Under the pieces are notes generated by a model. It saw only the letters and a program-made list of their open reading frames with translations, made no database searches and had not been told where the DNA came from. Shown here piece after piece: positions 34,008 to 39,126 of a DNA stretch of 39,126 nucleotides. Origin of the DNA: a virus (Duplodnaviria > Caudoviricetes); IMG/VR virus record IMGVR_UViG_3300027963_000140, positions 1-39,126 of that record; one strand, given 5' to 3'. Within the stretch, counting starts at the first letter, position 1, and the number at the start of each line of letters is the position of its first letter. The translations under genes were made by a program, and so were the position numbers.

Positions 34008-35051
34008 TTACAAATCAGCCTTAGCCCAGTCGGAGTCTGGAATGATCGCATAAGAGGTCATCGCGACTTTCTCGGAATTGCCGACCCACTTCGAAGCGGT
34101 TGCCAGTCCGAAGGCGGTGATCAGTTCCGTCTCGCGGGTGGCTCGCATCGAGTGCCATGGAACCCTCCACGGCTCGATGCCAGCTTTGCGAACTACGTCT
34201 TGAAATCGATTGGTGAGTCCAGAGTGAGACAGGCCAGAGAGAGTTGGCAGCAGCTCGACGCCTGGTTCAGGCAATTGGGCAGCGATCTCGCGGAAGAGCG
34301 GGATCTCGCGGACCACTCCTCGCTTGGTGTCGGTGATCTTGATACGCTTGGACACGCGGTCGATCGAAGCCTCGGAAAAGTCGCGGATCTCGCTGTTGAT
34401 CCGAAGGCCACCGAATCGAGACAGGACAATCACCAGCCGCAGCTCGGGATCGTCGCAGGCCTGGAGGACATGCTCCATGGTCTCCACCGAAACGAATTGC
34501 TTCTCTCGCACCGAGACCGTGGTCTTGAGTCGCTTGGCAGGATTGGCAACGATCCATCGATTGTCTTCGCACCAGTGAAAGAAGGCCTTCCAGTCCTTGG
34601 CGATCTTTCCCCGCGTGGAAGCACCTTGATCGAGCGCATCATAGACGGTGGCGATTTCCTCGGGCGAAACTCCATCGATTCGCCGATCACCGCAGGCATC
34701 CGACAGCCAGGCCAGGGAGCGACCAACCGATTCGGCAGTCGATGTGGCAAGCATGTCTCGCTTAGCGTTGAGATACTCGTCGATGGCAGTCCGGACGGTG
34801 CGGATGGATCCGGTGATGCAAGTGAGCTTCGATTTGATTTCCGGATCGAGCCGATCGAGCCAAAGGGCCGTTTGCCTTGGGATCGGTAGGTCTGCGGTCT
34901 GGGCGGCGATGATCTCGTCGACGTGTCGCTGGATGGCGATCGCTTCGGGCTCGGTGATGCGTCCAAGCCAAATGGAGCGACGTCCGGCAGCGGTGTAAAC
35001 TCGAAGGCGATAGCCTTGCCGAGTCTTGCTCTCGTGCGTCAGCGAGCTCAC
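34008..35051 (-). CDS. Second tyrosine recombinase
   Basis: RFGGLR, DTKRG, WHSMRAT, WVGNS and TSY; same layout as int 311-1453; ATGA-coupled to the portal. Confidence 0.9.
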   Translation of the reverse strand: MSSLTHESKTRQGYRLRVYTAAGRRSIWLGRITEPEAIAIQRHVDEIIAAQTADLPIPRQTALWLDRLDPEIKSKLTCITGSIRTVRTAIDEYLNAKRDMLATSTAESVGRSLAWLSDACGDRRIDGVSPEEIATVYDALDQGASTRGKIAKDWKAFFHWCEDNRWIVANPAKRLKTTVSVREKQFVSVETMEHVLQACDDPELRLVIVLSRFGGLRINSEIRDFSEASIDRVSKRIKITDTKRGVVREIPLFREIAAQLPEPGVELLPTLSGLSHSGLTNRFQDVVRKAGIEPWRVPWHSMRATRETELITAFGLATASKWVGNSEKVAMTSYAIIPDSDWAKADL

Positions 35052-36751
35052 GCTGGTTGCTCTTCGTACTCGGCCAACAAATTGTTGATCGTGCGTTCCT
35101 TCATGCCGAGTGATTCGAGGAACACCCGTGCGCGAGATGTGGTCCAGACGCCTTGCTCGATCTTGTTCAGCGTGTCATCGATGGCTCTGGTGTTGCGAGT
35201 GAGTTGCAAGCGGGACATGTTGGCAAATTCACCTGTCGGTGCGGGTTGGCTTGCATCTGGCTCGGCAGCGCCTGTACCTTGGGCCGCAGCTCCGGGCGCA
35301 CCAGAAGCTCCGGGAGCACCAGGTGCAGCGCCTGCAGGAGCCGCTGGGATGTCAGGATTGACCCAGCCTTCCTCGATGAGCTGCTGCGCGTGAGCCTCGG
35401 GATCAAGGTTTTGCTCGATCAAGTATTGTTGCCGAGTTTTGAGACCGGCCCGGATCAGTTCGATGTTCACATCGGCGATTTCCGCAGGGTTGACGTCGCG
35501 CTGTGGTGGCCATCGCCAAACCTTTGGAACCTCATCCATTGGTTCTATCGCGGGCAGGTAGCCGTCCATCATGAAGGCTTCATCGAGCCACCAACCGAAG
35601 ATTCGATCTAGGGCTTCGATTTCCCATTGAGTACGCTCGATGGCGTTGGCTTCATAGTAGGTCTGGTGGTCCAGTCGTCCCGAGGAATAGTTGTACGAGC
35701 TTGAGTCGGCCAAAGCTTTGTTTTTTGGCATGTGTACGGTCCGAGCAATCTCGCCGAGAATGGCATTGCGAAACTCGGTATAGGTCGTCGTCGGTTGCTT
35801 CGGATCGAATTGCACCATTTCCCAGCCTTTGGGCAGGGACGTCATCAGTCCTCGATCGATCTGAACAAAGTCGAATGGGTCGATGTCGTCGATCCCATCG
35901 GACGCAGAATCAAAAGCATTGGACTGGGTCTTGAGGATTGCAGAGAAGTCCGCAGCATTCTCGGCAGCAGTGATTACGGCCAGAGTGTAGCGTCGTAGCA
36001 TCGCGAACAGGGGCAGCGCTGGTGTAAGCTCGGGAATTCCACGCATCTGGCCAGGTCGCTCGGCGCGGAACAGATGAATGATGTCGTCTGGGTCTACGTC
36101 TGTTTTTTCCAAGGCGTGAAGCGGCCAGCGGTCCCCTGGGTGACCCTTGAGGATGTGATACTTGATCGGATTGCCAAAGTCGTCGAACTCGATTCCATCG
36201 ATCTTGTTTGGTAAGCCATCGGCAAAGAAAGGCGTGGCGAGCTGGTCGGACTCAATCACTCGAAAGTCCAGCTTGACATCGTTCTTGGATCGCGGATTGT
36301 TTCCCTTGAGCAGGATTGTCTCGCCGTCGATTACCTTGGAGATGCGAGCGGTTCGAAGCTTGCCCGCAAGCCGGACATCCTTGCACCACTTCCGCCACTT
36401 CTGTTCGATCATCCGAGACGCAGACGCATCGGGCAGCATCACCTGGAGACTCGGGCCGGTGGAGATCGTGTCGTTGGCCAGGGTCAGAACGATCCCCTTG
36501 GCAAACGAATTATTCTCGAGGCACTCGTACCGAGATCGCTCTCGAAGTGTCTTGCGCACCGATACCGAGTTCGCAGCAGCAGCGGAGAGATTGTCGGCGT
36601 ATCGCCAGTGCTTTTGGGTTTCTACCGTGTTGGCCGCGGCGTCGTACGATGCCGACAGCGAGTCGATTCGCTTGGCTCGATCCTGGATCCGGCGAGCAGC
36701 GGCCAGAGCTTTGGTGTCGATTGGCTTGCCAAATTGGTCGAGCAGCATCAT
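35048..36751 (-). CDS. Portal protein, lambda family
   Basis: LRERSRYE, DGIEFDDFGNP, RPGQMRGIP and YNYSSGRLD; start 36751 or 36748. Confidence 0.95.
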   Translation of the reverse strand: MMLLDQFGKPIDTKALAAARRIQDRAKRIDSLSASYDAAANTVETQKHWRYADNLSAAAANSVSVRKTLRERSRYECLENNSFAKGIVLTLANDTISTGPSLQVMLPDASASRMIEQKWRKWCKDVRLAGKLRTARISKVIDGETILLKGNNPRSKNDVKLDFRVIESDQLATPFFADGLPNKIDGIEFDDFGNPIKYHILKGHPGDRWPLHALEKTDVDPDDIIHLFRAERPGQMRGIPELTPALPLFAMLRRYTLAVITAAENAADFSAILKTQSNAFDSASDGIDDIDPFDFVQIDRGLMTSLPKGWEMVQFDPKQPTTTYTEFRNAILGEIARTVHMPKNKALADSSSYNYSSGRLDHQTYYEANAIERTQWEIEALDRIFGWWLDEAFMMDGYLPAIEPMDEVPKVWRWPPQRDVNPAEIADVNIELIRAGLKTRQQYLIEQNLDPEAHAQQLIEEGWVNPDIPAAPAGAAPGAPGASGAPGAAAQGTGAAEPDASQPAPTGEFANMSRLQLTRNTRAIDDTLNKIEQGVWTTSRARVFLESLGMKERTINNLLAEYEEQPA

Positions 36752-36752
36752 G

Positions 36753-36947
36753 TCACGAGCTCTTTTGATTGGGGACCAGGAAGAGAAAGAAAACCACGGC
36801 CCCGCCCAGGATGAGAGTGGCCATCGAATTGCAGACGAGGCCAGCGAGCAGGAGGAACCAGCCAACCCCAAAAAACAGATGGCGAGACGAGGCCGTGGTG
36901 AGGGCTCGAAGGATCGATGTGATCAGTACGGTGACCCAGCCAGGCAT
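36753..36947 (-). CDS. Small membrane protein (holin candidate)
   Basis: 64 aa with 2-3 hydrophobic segments. Confidence 0.6.
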   Translation of the reverse strand: MPGWVTVLITSILRALTTASSRHLFFGVGWFLLLAGLVCNSMATLILGGAVVFFLFLVPNQKSS

Positions 36948-37156
36948 TATTGCCCCCTTGCTGATCCAGGGATCATCCGAGCGAACAGTACTCCGCGTCG
37001 TGGCTTCGAGGCGTTCTGGTTGTTCGCCAATTCCTCGCGAGCTTCTCGCATTTCGGCCATGCTGCGATTTGTCACGGTCACACCGTCAGCCGAGACGCTC
37101 TGAGGAGCGACTGCGGCATCGGCGATCTGTTGATCAGTGATTGCTGGAGTGGTCAT
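36947..37156 (-). CDS. Head-tail adaptor, lambda gpW-like
   Basis: SVSADGVTVTNRSMAEMREA; small gene upstream of a lambda-type portal. Confidence 0.75.
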   Translation of the reverse strand: MTTPAITDQQIADAAVAPQSVSADGVTVTNRSMAEMREAREELANNQNASKPRRGVLFARMIPGSARGQ

Positions 37157-37425
37157 TTGGTTTTCTTGGCAGTAGCCTGGAGGGATGCGAGTCGATCGAG
37201 AGCTGCGGCCCGACGCCTGTCAGCCTCGTCTTGCCGGATCACCGAGACGATCTCAGCGATCTCAGATTCCAACACTGCATCACGATCAGTCGAGACCGAC
37301 GAAGGCGACGACAATGCAGCAAAGATCGATGGCTGCGAAGCGGCTTTAGGTGGCCTCTTTGGGTTCCACCAGATGGCAGCAAGCAGGAGAGCGACTAACA
37401 CAATTAGCAGTAAAAACAGGGTCAT
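37153..37425 (-). CDS. Single-pass membrane protein
   Basis: MTLFLLLIVLVALLLAAIWW; ATGA-coupled. Confidence 0.7.
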   Translation of the reverse strand: MTLFLLLIVLVALLLAAIWWNPKRPPKAASQPSIFAALSSPSSVSTDRDAVLESEIAEIVSVIRQDEADRRRAAALDRLASLQATAKKTK

Positions 37426-38411
37426 GAGCGGATCACCTTGAGTGCGACGACAAACAGCAGGACTAAGAAAGCGATGGCACACAACACAGCTAGGATTGCT
37501 TCGCCGGGATTCCAGATCCAATACAGCAGGGACTGGATCGGATCAGGATTTCTTGCTCTGAGATTGGGGAAAAGCTTTTCTCGATCAGGGTTCAATAAAG
37601 GCACGCGGCCAGGTGGGCAATTGCCATCAGGGCAGTTCGAATCGAACTCTTGGACGCTTTGGTCAGGGTTGATTGGATCAGTGCGAACAGTCTGCTGCTG
37701 AATCTGAGTAGACTCTTTGAGGGCTGTATAGAGTCCCGACGCAGTTGCCGGCAGCGACGAGGCTCCCGCGACGTAGACGTGTCCCCCACGGGAATCGGCA
37801 AACACAACTGCCGGAAATTGCTCGGCTGGGATGACGCCAGCCCACCTTGCCTTGTAAAGCGGGTTGTCTTTGGTGTACGCCTGGAAATTGACGTTCTTTC
37901 GCAGATCCGAAAGCTGGGGATCTTTATTAACCCAGTCCAGGAGTCTTTGCGACGCTTGGTCAGTTCCGACGAAGACAGCCAGCGAATACTTTGCGGCCCA
38001 GGGAGTGGAAGTCACTGTGACCTGTTGCCGAGGCGGCTGCGGCGCTGGTGCGCTGGCCTGCGTGATTGGTTGGGCGTATTCCACGAAACGAGTAAACCCA
38101 GGCGATCGGACTTGATCGCATGGTGGACAGTAGACCTCTTGTCGCTTTACCTCTCGGGCGGCTCGTTCGTCGACGGGGACTGTGTTTAGCGGTGCATTTT
38201 TGAGCGTGTCGTAGCTCACTCCGCCGGGGGTGTAGGATTGCTCGGCTGGTTGCTGGATTCCAAGTGATTGCTCGATTCTCGGAGCAATTCGCTCGCCAAT
38301 GACCACGCACAGAGCAGAGCACAGAGCCAGCACCACCAGACCGAAAGACAAGACGATTTTGACACGTTGTCCCCCCTCATTAGGGCATTGATTGCAGTTT
38401 ACCATTTCCAT
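37422..38411 (-). CDS. Membrane-anchored protein with thioredoxin-like region and several Cys motifs
   Basis: N- and C-terminal TM helices; CNQC, YCPPC and CPDGNCP; FPAVVFADSRG resembles the Trx cis-Pro strand. Confidence 0.6.
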   Translation of the reverse strand: MEMVNCNQCPNEGGQRVKIVLSFGLVVLALCSALCVVIGERIAPRIEQSLGIQQPAEQSYTPGGVSYDTLKNAPLNTVPVDERAAREVKRQEVYCPPCDQVRSPGFTRFVEYAQPITQASAPAPQPPRQQVTVTSTPWAAKYSLAVFVGTDQASQRLLDWVNKDPQLSDLRKNVNFQAYTKDNPLYKARWAGVIPAEQFPAVVFADSRGGHVYVAGASSLPATASGLYTALKESTQIQQQTVRTDPINPDQSVQEFDSNCPDGNCPPGRVPLLNPDREKLFPNLRARNPDPIQSLLYWIWNPGEAILAVLCAIAFLVLLFVVALKVIRS

Positions 38412-39013
38412 TGATCCTCTACCGCTTCGTATGATTTAAAGATTGGTGGGCTCGGAGGGTCATACAGCGTGGTGAGCGCAAATCCCCCAAAGGATGCCCA
38501 CTGTCGATGAAATTCAGATCGTTCGACGAACTCGTAACGATCGATCTTGTTGTTATCCAAAATGCAGGCGTAGACTCTGCCGTCAGTCCCTTTGGCCCAG
38601 CCCACGAAGTTGCAACAGTGCGAAGGCTTCCACCAAAGCAGAGCCCCGCGTCTTGCATTGTGCGCATCGTCGAGTAATTGGAGATTGGCTCGTTCGGTAT
38701 AGGCGTAAGGAACCTTGGCCGCATCAAGTCGACGTCTTAGTTGGTCGGTCCATTCACCGCCCGAGTACTTTGTTCTCCACCACTTTGCCAGCTCCAGTTG
38801 GTTCTGCCAATGCAGCATGGATGACAGGCTGGCGTGAACACAACTCCCCTCGTTCTGCGGGCTCAGCCAGTTTTTTTGGCGGAGTTCGATTGGGGGATTG
38901 ATTGCTGGAGTCTCAGCCCTCGGAGCGGGCAGAGCTCGGTAGCTTGCCGTGGGTGCGCAGCCGATCGCCAGCAGCAAAAAGAGCATGATTAGTTTCGCAT
39001 GATTCGATGCCAT
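38399..39013 (-). CDS. Lipoprotein, papain/C39-like cysteine peptidase
   Basis: Lipobox LLLAIGC; GSCVHAS (Cys), SHCCNFVG (His) and ILDNN. Confidence 0.7.
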   Translation of the reverse strand: MASNHAKLIMLFLLLAIGCAPTASYRALPAPRAETPAINPPIELRQKNWLSPQNEGSCVHASLSSMLHWQNQLELAKWWRTKYSGGEWTDQLRRRLDAAKVPYAYTERANLQLLDDAHNARRGALLWWKPSHCCNFVGWAKGTDGRVYACILDNNKIDRYEFVERSEFHRQWASFGGFALTTLYDPPSPPIFKSYEAVEDQWKW

Positions 39014-39126
39014 TTTTCGCGAGTTCGGTTTGGTTCTGTGATCCGATGATAGGACCACCGTACAGCACGAGCTCGAAAAAACGAAAAACAACAGTTACAA
39101 AAAGAAAGTGTGTCTTACTTGTTGAT

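Larger units (their letters stand above)
1..39126. mobile_element. Temperate tailed phage (siphovirus-like) genome, apparently near-complete, excised/virion form
   Basis: Integrase/xis, replication, portal, protease-capsid, tail tube, tape measure and terminase genes are all present. No host housekeeping genes are seen. attP-like and cosQ-like sites lie at the left end. Confidence 0.93.

Noticed and set aside
1-39126. Apparent abundance of GATC/CGATCG/TCGA words
   Set aside because: It cannot be quantified here and is probably host-like oligonucleotide bias; no methyltransferase gene was seen.

Overview
The window reads as a complete or nearly complete ~39 kb temperate siphovirus genome in excised/virion orientation. 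The host is probably a Planctomycete; this is an inference from the style of the integrases and the CxxGxCP-type exported proteins. Left end: a lambda cosQ-like motif next to an intact attP-like region, followed by tyrosine integrase, excisionase and a divergent switch region. Plus strand (3.5-15.3 kb): an early/accessory operon with a structured-RNA/tRNA cluster, metallopeptidase, replication initiator with an origin-like repeat, metallophosphoesterase, a DUF4406-DUF6378-like fusion and a mini GGQ release factor. Minus strand (39.0-15.25 kb): one long late operon of envelope/lysis candidates, gpW-like adaptor, lambda-type portal, a second tyrosine recombinase, protease-capsid fusion, head-tail and tail genes, tape measure, a Cys-rich tail protein, an Erv1/Alr-glycosyltransferase fusion and, unusually last, the large terminase. 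The most notable items are (i) a candidate virion disulfide-bonding/glycosylation system, (ii) the recombinase embedded between portal and capsid, (iii) a tRNA-ended 142-nt structured RNA and (iv) the mini release factor. All calls come from reading motifs by eye; no database searches were run.
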